Shown: positions 28,195 through 37,540, counted from the stretch's first letter. The stretch: DNA of 64,000 bases from Thermodesulfobacteriota bacterium (GCA_034189385.1 JAXHVD010000006.1:96001-160000); one strand, 5' to 3'. Translations and numbers: made by a program. The notes: generated by a model not told the origin, from the sequence alone.

Positions 28195-28707
28195 ATGGCA
28201 GAATCGGCAAAAGCAATGGACCAAACAGGAGAGGCAATGGCAGAGAGGGAGGGAAAGTATCTTACTTTTTCTTTGGACAACGAGGAATACGGGATAGGCA
28301 TCCTAAAGATCAAGGAAATCATCGGGATGATGCCCATCACCACCGTTCCCCATACACCGGACTATGTAAAAGGCGTGATCAACCTACGGGGCAAGGTGAT
28401 CCCAGTGGTAGACCTGCGGCTTAGGTTTGGCATAGAGCCCGCCAACTACACGGATAGAACCTGCATCATTGTGGTTGAGATCTTAAGTCAATCCGGTACC
28501 GTCCTGATGGGAATCGTGGTGGATTCGGTTTCGGAGGTATTGAATATGAAGGCGGGAGAGATTGAGGAAACCCCCACGTTTGGAATCAAGCTGGATACTG
28601 AATACATCCTCGGGATGGCCAAGATGGAAGGCGGCGTGAAGATTCTGCTCGATATTGATCGAGTCCTTAACGCGGAAGAGATAGCGGCCATGGGAAAGGC
28701 GGCATAA
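28195..28707 (+). CDS. cheW: Chemotaxis adaptor CheW
   Basis: YLTFSL..EEYGI.I.KIKEII, VKGVINLRGKVIPVVDLR, GIVVDSVSEV, ILLDID. Confidence 0.96.
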   Translation: MAESAKAMDQTGEAMAEREGKYLTFSLDNEEYGIGILKIKEIIGMMPITTVPHTPDYVKGVINLRGKVIPVVDLRLRFGIEPANYTDRTCIIVVEILSQSGTVLMGIVVDSVSEVLNMKAGEIEETPTFGIKLDTEYILGMAKMEGGVKILLDIDRVLNAEEIAAMGKAA

Positions 28708-28790
28708 CAATGACGGCATTGTCCCGTTCCGCACCTGCCTCAGATGAGAAAAAAGGACGGCAACATGACTGACATCAAGGAGACTAAAGC

Positions 28791-29963
28791 ATGTATAAGG
28801 ATTTGAGTGTAGACAAGAAGATTACATTGGGATTCGGCTTTCTTATTCTGTTGGCTGCTGGAAGCGGGGGAATATGTGCGTGGAAAATCTGGTCAGCGGA
28901 CATGGCCCTTGGCACCCTCATGGGGACCATGAGTGTAATCATCCTGGTCTTTGGTTCGTTACTGGCATTCTACATTGTGCGCAGTGCCACCAAACCCATG
29001 AGCCTGATCATTGAAGGTTTGAATGAAGCGGCAGACCTGGTAGCATCTGCCTCTGGACAGGTATCCTTAGCCAGTCAAGAGTTGGCTAAAGGGGCATCCT
29101 CCCAGGCCGCATCTCTTGAAGAGACGTCTTCGTCTCTTGAGGAGATGTCGTCCATGACGAAGCAGAATGCCGACAACGCAAACCAGGCAGATGGTTTGAT
29201 GAAAGAGGCCAATAAGGTAGTGGAGCAAGCAGATGCTTCCATGGACAAACTCATCGTATCTATGGGGGAGATCTCCAAGGCAAGTGAAGAGACCTCCAAG
29301 ATTATCAAAACCATTGACGAGATAGCCTTTCAGACCAATCTGTTGGCCTTAAACGCTGCTGTGGAGGCTGCCAGGGCCGCCGAGGCCGGTGCCGGGTTTG
29401 CGGTCGTCGCCGATGAGGTTCGGAACTTGGCCATGCGCGCGGCCACGGCAGCCAAAGATACGTCAGAACTGATTGTGGACACGGGAAAAAAGGTGGCTGC
29501 TGGATCAGAGCTCATGACCAGCACCAATGATGCCTTCCAAGACGTGGCCCGAAGCGCTGCCAAGGTAGGGGAGTTGGTTGCAGAGATTGCTGCCGCCTCC
29601 CAAGAGCAGGCGCAGGGAATTGAGCAGGTAAACAAGGCCGTGGCCGACATGGACCGAGTGGTTCAACAAAATGCCACCAATGCAGAGGAGTCTGCTTCTG
29701 CCTCTAAGGAGATGAACACTCAAACCGAAGAGATCAAGGCAGGCATAGGACACTTGGTATCTATCGTTGGCAGTGGGGCTACCAATGAAGCAAAGGGTGA
29801 ACCGCCACCTGGCCTGGAGGGCGGTACTGGACAGGAAAAGACTTTAGCAGCCGATTCTGTGAAAGAGGTGGAAGCGACACAGGGACTTGCCCTTGGAGGT
29901 GAAGAAGACACTCCTGAAGAGGTCATCCCCCTAGATGATGATGACAGTTTCAAAGATTTCTAG
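28791..29963 (+). CDS. Methyl-accepting chemotaxis protein with no periplasmic sensor domain
   Basis: Two closely spaced TMs; [39 protein letters not shown]-terminal pentapeptide SFKDF. Confidence 0.95.
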   Translation: MYKDLSVDKKITLGFGFLILLAAGSGGICAWKIWSADMALGTLMGTMSVIILVFGSLLAFYIVRSATKPMSLIIEGLNEAADLVASASGQVSLASQELAKGASSQAASLEETSSSLEEMSSMTKQNADNANQADGLMKEANKVVEQADASMDKLIVSMGEISKASEETSKIIKTIDEIAFQTNLLALNAAVEAARAAEAGAGFAVVADEVRNLAMRAATAAKDTSELIVDTGKKVAAGSELMTSTNDAFQDVARSAAKVGELVAEIAAASQEQAQGIEQVNKAVADMDRVVQQNATNAEESASASKEMNTQTEEIKAGIGHLVSIVGSGATNEAKGEPPPGLEGGTGQEKTLAADSVKEVEATQGLALGGEEDTPEEVIPLDDDDSFKDF

Positions 29964-30124
29964 TGGATCACCTGCGCCGACACCGTGGATCAATTCTTGC
30001 CTTCCGGTAAAGAGAGTGGAGATAAAGGGAATGTGGGTTCAGGGAAAAGCCTTGGTCACGTTAAGGTCTCAACTGAAAAAAGGTAGGAGAGGTGATTCCT
30101 CATGTGGGGCTAAATGCCCCCCGG

Positions 30125-30565
30125 CTAGTGAATGGTGATTTTCCCCTGAGCTGTTCTCCTCGCCAACTCCAAGGTCCCTTTCATGATGTCCTTCGTCTTT
30201 TCAGCGGTTTTTCTCAATCGCCTGAGATTTGTCTCAAAATTCTCAAGGGCCTCTTGGGCAGCCTTCATGTGGCCCCTTCTTTCAGTCCGCATGCTATCTA
30301 TTTTGAGGAAGTCCTTATAGGCATCAAGAATCTTCCTGTTCATGGGCGAGAGCTCGCCTATTTCCATCTCCAGCACATAATAATTCGATCTGTGATGGCT
30401 CACAAATCTGCAACCAGTAATCGTTCCGGTGAGCGAAAAAGACCTCAGGAGGATGCCTTCAGGTAATCTTACTTCAAGCTCTGTCTTCGTTCCCACTTTA
30501 CTCGGTGCATCCGCATAAAAGGTCACTGTTCCCTCTGTGAATTCGATCAATTCGTCCATCATCAT
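30125..30565 (-). CDS. Hypothetical protein, possible degenerate PilZ-like barrel plus coiled coil
   Basis: Beta-strand pattern TELEVRLP..SFSLTGTI..C..YVLEMEI..LS..NRKILDAY; no RxxxR motif. Confidence 0.65.
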   Translation of the reverse strand: MMMDELIEFTEGTVTFYADAPSKVGTKTELEVRLPEGILLRSFSLTGTITGCRFVSHHRSNYYVLEMEIGELSPMNRKILDAYKDFLKIDSMRTERRGHMKAAQEALENFETNLRRLRKTAEKTKDIMKGTLELARRTAQGKITIH

Positions 30566-30615
30566 GTGACTCTCAACCCTTTCTCCGGAATGGACCCACC
30601 GGTGCCATAGTTGTT

Positions 30616-30631
30616 TGCAACCACAATGCCA
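30616..30631 (-). promoter_or_regulatory. Putative sigma54 promoter for the 30565 gene
   Basis: Minus strand TGGCATTGTGGTTGCA; IHF-like attcaaatagtta about 30 bp upstream. Confidence 0.7.
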
Positions 30632-30958
30632 GTCCCGGGCTTTTGCAGTTATGACACATTTATTCAAATAGTTATGTCAACTTAAGAGGTGCTTTCACGT
30701 CATTGTGTCAGGTCGCGCTAGCCTTATTTTGAGAGAATAGGCGGTCCCTTCCCTCATTATGATTGACAAAAACCATGGAAGTCGGCTTGCGGTTGCCGGC
30801 ACACGGAAAAGGAGAGCTGGTGTGTCAACGAAAAGCGCAACAGAGTGCGCCGCGGTCTAGGCAACGTAACCATTTGCGATTATAAAAAGCTCCGCTTCAA
30901 GACCTCTAGGGGGACCACTGTCATAAACAAGCTGTCACCTGCCCTTTGACCTTAAGAA

Positions 30959-30974
30959 TGGCGCACTAGTTGCT
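30959..30974 (+). promoter_or_regulatory. Putative sigma54 promoter with no downstream + strand CDS
   Basis: TGGCGCACTAGTTGCT, GG-N10-GC with TTGCT. Confidence 0.7.
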
Positions 30975-30984
30975 GATAAGATGT

Positions 30985-31072
30985 GTAAACGGTAGCAAGG
31001 CCTTTTCGGTTTGTTGCTTCTTACCCACCCTTGAACCCTGTTAGGCTTTCACTCGCTTAACAGGGTTTTTCT
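30985..31072 (+). ncRNA. Candidate sigma54-dependent small RNA (about 88 nt)
   Basis: Lies between a sigma54 motif and an intrinsic terminator; 5' hairpin, C/U-rich linker, no long ORF. Confidence 0.55.
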
Positions 31073-31074
31073 TT
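31034..31074 (+). terminator. Rho-independent terminator
   Basis: 13-bp stem aaccctgttaggc / gcttaacagggtt (one G-U) followed by tttcttt. Confidence 0.75.
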
Positions 31075-31227
31075 GTCCCAAAATTCTATCGTGATTTAGT
31101 AAGATTATCCGTTAATTAGCAGGTTATAGCGCCAATTCCCTTTACAAGCCCGAGGAAAAAGCGTCACCTCGCCTTTACCACATCTTTCCTGGGGCTCTGA
31201 TTTCAAGAGATACTGACTAGTTTCTGT

Positions 31228-32754
31228 CTACCACGCAGGCACTCTCACCTCTTGGGTCAAGCTTACAGCAGCGCCATGGTTGTCAGCCGCAGTGAGTTTT
31301 ACTACAAAAATGCCCGGGACTTTGTATGTATGCGTGACGGTTTCCCCTGAACCAGTGGTGCCGTCGCCAAAATCCCAGCCGTAGTGTGCGATATATCCAT
31401 CTGGGTCTGTGGCACTTCCTGTAAATGACAGGGCAAAGGGGCTGCCACCTACGGGAGAGGCAAAGATTGCGACCTGGCGGGGCGGTTTGTTCGAGGCTTC
31501 TTCGGAAATTTTGGTTCGTGTCTTCAATTCATAGGAAACTTCAGGAACCTGCATGGGCCTTATCTCCTCTATTCCACCTCTCCTGCAGGCCCAACCCCCC
31601 AACTCTATCCCAACAACCACCGCATAGTTGCTATCGTCTTCCATGTACCCGCTGTTATAACTGGCTAGAAGAAACGCGTTCGTACCTGCTACAAAGGGGT
31701 AGGCCACTTTAAGGTGGCCCGTGCCCTCGTCATCGTCTGCTCGGACGACTCCCAAGTCCCCGTCCACCAACAGGCCGTTTTCAAAGGCATAATCAAAATG
31801 GAGTCCATACTTGTCCCGAACCTTCAGGTAGGTGTCTGTAACAAGAAGATCTGAGGCTACGTAGCGCTCCGTGGAGGATATGTTGTCGTCAGAGTCTAGC
31901 GCTTCTGTCATAAAGGCTCCAACACTCCCCCAGTCAAACAGATAGGCTCCCACAAGGCTCAACTGGCTCAGACTTGCTGTGTCGTCATAGTCATCAAGGT
32001 CTGCAAATTTCAGTGACCCGAACAGGCCAACTTGAAACCGCTTGTGTTTGCCGACCATGCCTGCGTCCACCTGATATTCTCTCAGGGTGTCGTTGATGTT
32101 GGCCCTTACCCCGCCTTGAAAGGCACCCTTTTCGTGAAAGGGGAAAAAGAGCCTTCCGTCCAAGGTGCCTGTGAGATCTCCATCATCAGACCCAATACCT
32201 ACGGAAAGACCAGCCTTGTGGTTACCTAGCCGCAGCACCTTTGTTTTTTCTAGAACCCTTTCGCCTGAAGGCTGGATGGAAGGCCCGGCAACTGCAAGGG
32301 GTTTCACAAGCACGTTGTCTTTGTAAAAGAAAACCTTCTTTCCATGGTCTATCTTATAGATGCTGAACACGGCGCGCCTGTTTTGGAAACGGCCCGCCTT
32401 GGTTTCGTTACCGGCCTTTGGTAAGGCCTCTCCGTAAGCCTCAACACGGATTCTCTCCGGGGCAACCCCTTGGTCTATGAGCCTCTTCTTCACGGCCAAG
32501 GCCCTTTCAGAAGAAAGCCCGCGGTTGTATTCGTCTGGACCCAAGGTGTCTGAATGCCCCCCTATCTCCACAAAGAGATCGGGATCGCTGTCAAGTATCT
32601 TCGCAATTCTTGAAAACTGTTTTAGATCATCCACTACTATACTGGAATCAAAAGCAAAATTGATGTCCTCAAGGCCAGGTTCTTCAGCCCCTATGCCGGC
32701 CGGAAAAAGGAACACCAAGGCCACACAAATTGCCATTTTCTTTACTGACATCAT
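31228..32754 (-). CDS. Exported OmpA-C domain, beta-barrel-like region and C-terminal PKD domain protein
   Basis: Signal peptide; INFAFDS, GHSD..G..EYN..LS..RA..V, GE..P, NRRA; amphipathic beta strands; DPDG.I..YGWDFGDG...THTY..PG.F.VKLT..DN.G. Confidence 0.88.
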   Translation of the reverse strand: MMSVKKMAICVALVFLFPAGIGAEEPGLEDINFAFDSSIVVDDLKQFSRIAKILDSDPDLFVEIGGHSDTLGPDEYNRGLSSERALAVKKRLIDQGVAPERIRVEAYGEALPKAGNETKAGRFQNRRAVFSIYKIDHGKKVFFYKDNVLVKPLAVAGPSIQPSGERVLEKTKVLRLGNHKAGLSVGIGSDDGDLTGTLDGRLFFPFHEKGAFQGGVRANINDTLREYQVDAGMVGKHKRFQVGLFGSLKFADLDDYDDTASLSQLSLVGAYLFDWGSVGAFMTEALDSDDNISSTERYVASDLLVTDTYLKVRDKYGLHFDYAFENGLLVDGDLGVVRADDDEGTGHLKVAYPFVAGTNAFLLASYNSGYMEDDSNYAVVVGIELGGWACRRGGIEEIRPMQVPEVSYELKTRTKISEEASNKPPRQVAIFASPVGGSPFALSFTGSATDPDGYIAHYGWDFGDGTTGSGETVTHTYKVPGIFVVKLTAADNHGAAVSLTQEVRVPAW

Positions 32755-32886
32755 GACCTCCTTTTGAAAAAAGGCGACTATCTGCGCAGAATTTCAAAAA
32801 AATGTGTCTCCTCAACGCGTAGAAACAAAGACCAAAGGCCCCCTATAGTAAGGTTAAAATGAACTTTCAAGCAAAATTATGATAAG

Positions 32887-33180
32887 ATGGAAAACAGTGA
32901 CAGACTCATCCTCCCTGAAATGGACAGGAGAGACATGACCGACAATCACAGAGGGAAAGCCGTGGACGACAGAGAACGAGACGTGTGGAGGGTCTTGGGA
33001 AATGTCCTCTTGGTGTTAGGTGTGGGCGTGTGGGGCCTTTACGCCGTTCTTCGCTTCGGGGCCGGCTGGAATGTAACGGCAGGGCAATTCTTACCTTTTC
33101 ACCTGGCAGGCGTGGTACCCGGTGCAATACTCCGGCGCCATCGGTTTTTTAGCAAAATGGTGCGCCGTCTGCGATCCTGA
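32887..33180 (+). CDS. Small two-TM membrane protein
   Basis: Hydrophobic segments, FLPFHLAGVVPG; alternative start 32935. Confidence 0.65.
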   Translation: MENSDRLILPEMDRRDMTDNHRGKAVDDRERDVWRVLGNVLLVLGVGVWGLYAVLRFGAGWNVTAGQFLPFHLAGVVPGAILRRHRFFSKMVRRLRS

Positions 33181-33206
33181 ACCCTCATATGGAGTGGCTT
33201 TCTTCC

Positions 33207-34328
33207 TCACACTATCCTGGGGAGAACATGTGCCTCGAGGTACGCTATGCATTCTTCCATCTGCTGGAGACATTGATCGCGCCACCGGCTTCTGAACTCA
33301 GCGTCTCTGAGCTCATGCCTTTGGAGCGTTCCTTCTGACAGGGACCTCACCGTGGCATCGGGCAGATCATCAGGCAAGTCTACCCCATTCATCATGGCCC
33401 AGGCCAAGGTCCAGGCCCGGGCCACGTTGGGCAAACTGTACCCTCCTCCCCCTAGCGCCACCCACGCTGGCGCCTGCTCTGCCAGGTAAGAGACCACCTT
33501 GCAAAAGCCATTTGTAGTCAGTTCAAGGCCTGCCAGGGGATCATCTTGGAAGGTGTCCACTCCCAACTGAGAGACAACCACATCCGGTTTAAACCCTCCC
33601 ATCAGCCTCGGGACCAGGCACTCGAAGCCCTTCCAGAAGACATAATCATCCGAACCAGGAAGCATGGGCACGTTGACAGCATACCCCTTGCCCTCGCCAC
33701 TGCCTATTTCGTTAACTTGCCCTGTGCCCGGGAAAAGGGAGCGTCCATCCTGATGAAAGGACACGGTAAGGACCCTGGGATCTTCATAGAAGGCCCATTG
33801 CACCCCGTCGCCGTGGTGGGCGTCCACGTCCAGATACATGACCCGTTTCTCCTGATCCAGGAACCTCAAAATGGCCAAGACCGGATCATTCACGTAACAG
33901 AAGCCTGAGGCCCGGCTGGGGTGGGCATGATGGAGTCCGCCAGCGATGTTGAAAGCAATCCTTGCCTTTCCCTCAGAGACCATTTGGGCACATTGAAGCG
34001 AGGCTCCCGCATGTAGCCGGGACCATTCCCAAAGGCCTGAGAAAACAGGGTTATCCCCCGGTCCTATGGCGTGTGAAGGGGAACTGTGGATCTCTCCTGC
34101 GCCGGCCTGTTTTAAGACCTGCAAATAGTCCGGTGTGTGAAAGCGGAGGATGTCTGATTCAGAGGCGGCTTCCGTCTCAATCAGATCCCCATGAGGCAGC
34201 TCAAAAAGCCCATAGGCCTCACAAAGATCATAGGTCAGGCGAAGGCGTTCAATCTTGAGGGGATGATGTGCCCCGTAGTCATAGGCAAAGTATTCATCGG
34301 TGTAAAGAAAGGCAGTTCGGGATTTCAG
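33207..34328 (-). CDS. Histone deacetylase / AcuC family protein, apparent CTG start
   Basis: YDYG.HHPLK..R, FHT..Y, GGLHHA..ASGFCYVND, LDVDAHHGDGVQ, SFHQ, FPGTG, GVD..DDPL, GGGGY; frame is open back to CTG 34328 behind AAGGAGGTG. Confidence 0.92.
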   Translation of the reverse strand: MKSRTAFLYTDEYFAYDYGAHHPLKIERLRLTYDLCEAYGLFELPHGDLIETEAASESDILRFHTPDYLQVLKQAGAGEIHSSPSHAIGPGDNPVFSGLWEWSRLHAGASLQCAQMVSEGKARIAFNIAGGLHHAHPSRASGFCYVNDPVLAILRFLDQEKRVMYLDVDAHHGDGVQWAFYEDPRVLTVSFHQDGRSLFPGTGQVNEIGSGEGKGYAVNVPMLPGSDDYVFWKGFECLVPRLMGGFKPDVVVSQLGVDTFQDDPLAGLELTTNGFCKVVSYLAEQAPAWVALGGGGYSLPNVARAWTLAWAMMNGVDLPDDLPDATVRSLSEGTLQRHELRDAEFRSRWRDQCLQQMEECIAYLEAHVLPRIV

Positions 34329-34389
34329 CGTTTCACCTCCTTACAAAGCTCTTCGCCCCATGTGGCCCACCCCTTCGGCTGCCAGGTCT

Positions 34390-34968
34390 CTACCTGACAA
34401 AACGGTTGATGATGATGCCGTGGGCTTTGCCGAATTTCACGATCTTGCCTGGATCAAAGCCACCGGAGAGGTAGATCTCTCTAAACCCTGGATGCTCGAG
34501 GAGATGAAGGACGTAGCTTAGGTGTCCAGAATAACCGGTGTCATCTAGTTGCTGCAGGTCTCTGACGGCCCTTTTGGCCAATGCCATTGCCTGTCGATGG
34601 ACTGTGGGGCCACGGCCGCGGCATTCGCGTATGGAGTAAAGCTGCCTGCAACTAAAGGGGCGGATGTCATAGATCAGACAGGTTTTGTCTCCTTTTAAGA
34701 AGGGGCACCGGGCAATAGGATGCTTTTCCTTCTCACGTTTGTTCTTGGCCAGTTTTCTTTTGATCTGACGCTTAAGGGATGGCGGAAAGCTCCCAATCCT
34801 TTTCCAGATGATCAGCCCCTCCAATGTATTGGTATCGATATTGCCCACATCTGTGCAGCAATAGGTGCAGCCTATCTTACAGATAGCCTGTCTCTTGAAC
34901 TCCTCCGCATCCCTTTCAAAGCGTTCATAGACCTCTATCAACTTCTCCTTCTTTGCATCCCACTTCAT
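34390..34968 (-). CDS. YkgJ family Cys-cluster (CxxCxxCC) protein
   Basis: CKIGCTYCC ... CPFL..KTCLIYDIRPFSCR. Confidence 0.88.
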   Translation of the reverse strand: MKWDAKKEKLIEVYERFERDAEEFKRQAICKIGCTYCCTDVGNIDTNTLEGLIIWKRIGSFPPSLKRQIKRKLAKNKREKEKHPIARCPFLKGDKTCLIYDIRPFSCRQLYSIRECRGRGPTVHRQAMALAKRAVRDLQQLDDTGYSGHLSYVLHLLEHPGFREIYLSGGFDPGKIVKFGKAHGIIINRFVR

Positions 34969-35160
34969 GGGCTTTTTTGTCTCTGGCAGCGCCTTTCTTG
35001 ATAAACATGTGCCCCCCGCATTCTTTCGCTCATTGATGAGGGCACCACTATTTCCTTGTTCACCGGGCCGTGTCCAGTGCCCCCTGAAGGCTGCGCGCGG
35101 TTGCCCGAACACAGTCGTAGCCGAGTCGCCGGCGCCTGCTTTACCTCTCATTTATCGGCA

Positions 35161-35493
35161 CTATTTCCAGTGGCCCGGTATCCAATGGCCTCCCCGCCCA
35201 TAGTGTCCTGGCACCCAATGGGCATTGGGGTTAGGACGGGCCAGCTTTCTCCAGTGTCCTGGCACCCAGTTGCCATTCCGGTCATTGTGCCCTGGTACCC
35301 AGATTTTTCCCCTCTTTTGAGGCCCTGTATATTTCCAATGGCCGGGCACAACATTCCCCTGTGGGCTCACGTGAGGTTCCACCCAGAGGAAATGTGGCCC
35401 TGGCTTGGGAGGTTTGGCATGGCAAGATGACGAAAAAACAAAGGGCAAGATGATGATGAAGACCAACACAACGTAGTTTATTCGTTTTGGCAT
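35161..35493 (-). CDS. WxPGH(W) (YXWGXW-like) repeat lipoprotein
   Basis: Signal ending SSSC; repeats WVEPH, VVPGHW, WVPGHN, WVPGHW, WVPGHY, WIPGHW. Confidence 0.8.
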   Translation of the reverse strand: MPKRINYVVLVFIIILPFVFSSSCHAKPPKPGPHFLWVEPHVSPQGNVVPGHWKYTGPQKRGKIWVPGHNDRNGNWVPGHWRKLARPNPNAHWVPGHYGRGGHWIPGHWK

Positions 35494-35609
35494 GGTATTC
35501 TCCTAGACGAGTCTAATCACAATTTGGTGCAACCGGCCCTATTCTGAATGACGTCCCGTCATTGGTCACAACTCAACCGTTACTGTCTTCTTCTATGAGA
35601 GTATCGTCT

Positions 35610-36572
35610 CTAGTAAGAGCCAAATTCCTCAATTTCTTCCTTCGCAATCTGGGTAACCCACAAATCGCCAAGATTGGCTACGCGGCGAATCTTTTCTTCC
35701 TCTGTATTGCCTTCATCAAGGCTGTTAAAAAAGCCTACGCGCAGCCTCATCCATTCCTTGCCTTTTATCTCAACGCGGGCGATATAAACCTTATACCCAT
35801 TTTCGATCAGCCTAATGGCCACAGGGACCATCCTCTTCTCGTCCGTGGTAGACAGGACATTCACCACCCATTTCTTTTTCAGCTGGCTTTCCAGATTGGC
35901 CTTTTTCTCATCAGGAGAGAGAACCTTGAGCCGAAATCCCTCGGGAACCTTCTTGTTCAAAACGTCATCTCCCAGATTCAACGCCCCGAGCATCTCCTTG
36001 TTGAGGCGATAGAGGATAGGCCATTTTTGAGGGTCTCCAAATACATCCTCCTTGGCTGCTATGGCAGGCAGTGCTTCAGCCTTCCAAACAAAAAAGAACC
36101 CGGCCATTTTCTCCGTTTCTTCTACTTGTTTGCTGATATCAACGGCCGGGGTCTTTAGCCCCTTTTCTTCAAGGACGGAAACTTTCTCGCCCATTGCTTC
36201 CTTGATCTCTTCTGGGGTTTCTGGTCCTTTACCTGTAGGTGGAATCTTGGTGGGTGCTGAAGTCGGTTTTGGCTCATGGTGACGAACTATATCTTGCACT
36301 GTCCTATTTTCCTCTCCAGGAGTAGGTCCGAGGGCCTTCAGTGCTTCTTCTAGACTGGCGATTTCTGCCTCTATCGTCTCGGGCGCTCTATCACCTGACT
36401 TTGCCTCTTTGCCGGGCAACGCCCCTCCTCTCTGTTCAGGAATGGCCTTCCTTACGGGCTTTACCACCTTAGCGCTCTTGGCTTGAGGTGGGGGCGGTTC
36501 TTCCCTTGAACACCCCAGAAAACACAAAAAAAGTGCCAGGCAGATAAGCATTGCAGTTGCTGAAATCCTCAT
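35610..36572 (-). CDS. Lipoprotein with Pro-rich linker, LysM-like and SPOR domains
   Basis: Lipobox FLGC; EALPAIA...FGDPQKWPILYRLN; WVVNV.S...L..NGY..YI...WMRLRVGFF. Confidence 0.82.
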   Translation of the reverse strand: MRISATAMLICLALFLCFLGCSREEPPPPQAKSAKVVKPVRKAIPEQRGGALPGKEAKSGDRAPETIEAEIASLEEALKALGPTPGEENRTVQDIVRHHEPKPTSAPTKIPPTGKGPETPEEIKEAMGEKVSVLEEKGLKTPAVDISKQVEETEKMAGFFFVWKAEALPAIAAKEDVFGDPQKWPILYRLNKEMLGALNLGDDVLNKKVPEGFRLKVLSPDEKKANLESQLKKKWVVNVLSTTDEKRMVPVAIRLIENGYKVYIARVEIKGKEWMRLRVGFFNSLDEGNTEEEKIRRVANLGDLWVTQIAKEEIEEFGSY

Positions 36573-36655
36573 GATGCCCTCCTTTGGCAGTTCAAAGAAG
36601 ATAAAACTGCAGAAAGTCTCTTCCCGGTCCATCAAACAAGACTGTGACCAAACCA

Positions 36656-37540
36656 TCAACCTTGATTCTGTAAAAAATCTACATACCCCTTTACGGAATT
36701 ACTCATGAAGAGCCTTTCCCTTTTCTGGATATCAGGGGACATAACCTGAAAGGCTTTCAAATCGGGGTCCTTTTCCAGAAGGGCCTCCACACATCTCGTG
36801 ATGAGATCATCATGACCGCCCAACATCTCCTTTTCAATAACCTCCTTCCACCTAAAGATCTGAGCCCGAAACCGCTCCAGCATTTCATGAGAACTGGGGG
36901 CACCCCCACAATGGGCATAGCAAATATGCTGGTCTTCCAGGGCTTTCAGTTTATCCAGACTCCCCAAAAAGACTTCCAGAAAAAATCTTGGAGGAGTGGC
37001 TGGCCGCAAGTAATCTGTGTCCATAATAGAATAATAGTTGCCAGCGGCCTCACCAGAAAAGAGCATCTCGCCATAACTGAAGCTGAGGTGGTGCGCGGCG
37101 TGTCCTGGCGTCTCAATCACGCGAAGCTCCTTGATATTGGCCTCTTTGTGGGCAAGGCACCTTTCTTCTTGCACCGGCCCAGGACGACCATAGGCCAGGG
37201 CAACCTCTCCGAGCATCTTTCGGCTACCCTCCCATAGCTTGGAGGGTTCCACAATGTGCCTTTTGCCCTTTTCGTGACACACTGCCTGGGCCATGGGGAA
37301 ATGCTCCAGGAATTTGGCCAGCCCGCCCCCATGGTCGAGATGTATATGGGTGATCAGCACATAATCCACCCTGTCTATACCCATCTTTGCAAGGGTTTCA
37401 ATCAAATTGTTCACGGAACTCGCCGGACCCACATCTACTACAAAAGTGATATTGCCCCTGTACACCCAGGATCCAATGAAATGATCAAAACCGGGCATGG
37501 CCTGCTTGATCTTTATGAGCGTGCAATTGTGTGCTTCCAA
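36656..37540 (-). CDS. MBL-fold metallo-hydrolase
   Basis: THIHLDHGGG, TPGHAAHH, FSGEAAG. Confidence 0.92.
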   Translation of the reverse strand: MEAHNCTLIKIKQAMPGFDHFIGSWVYRGNITFVVDVGPASSVNNLIETLAKMGIDRVDYVLITHIHLDHGGGLAKFLEHFPMAQAVCHEKGKRHIVEPSKLWEGSRKMLGEVALAYGRPGPVQEERCLAHKEANIKELRVIETPGHAAHHLSFSYGEMLFSGEAAGNYYSIMDTDYLRPATPPRFFLEVFLGSLDKLKALEDQHICYAHCGGAPSSHEMLERFRAQIFRWKEVIEKEMLGGHDDLITRCVEALLEKDPDLKAFQVMSPDIQKRERLFMSNSVKGYVDFLQNQG

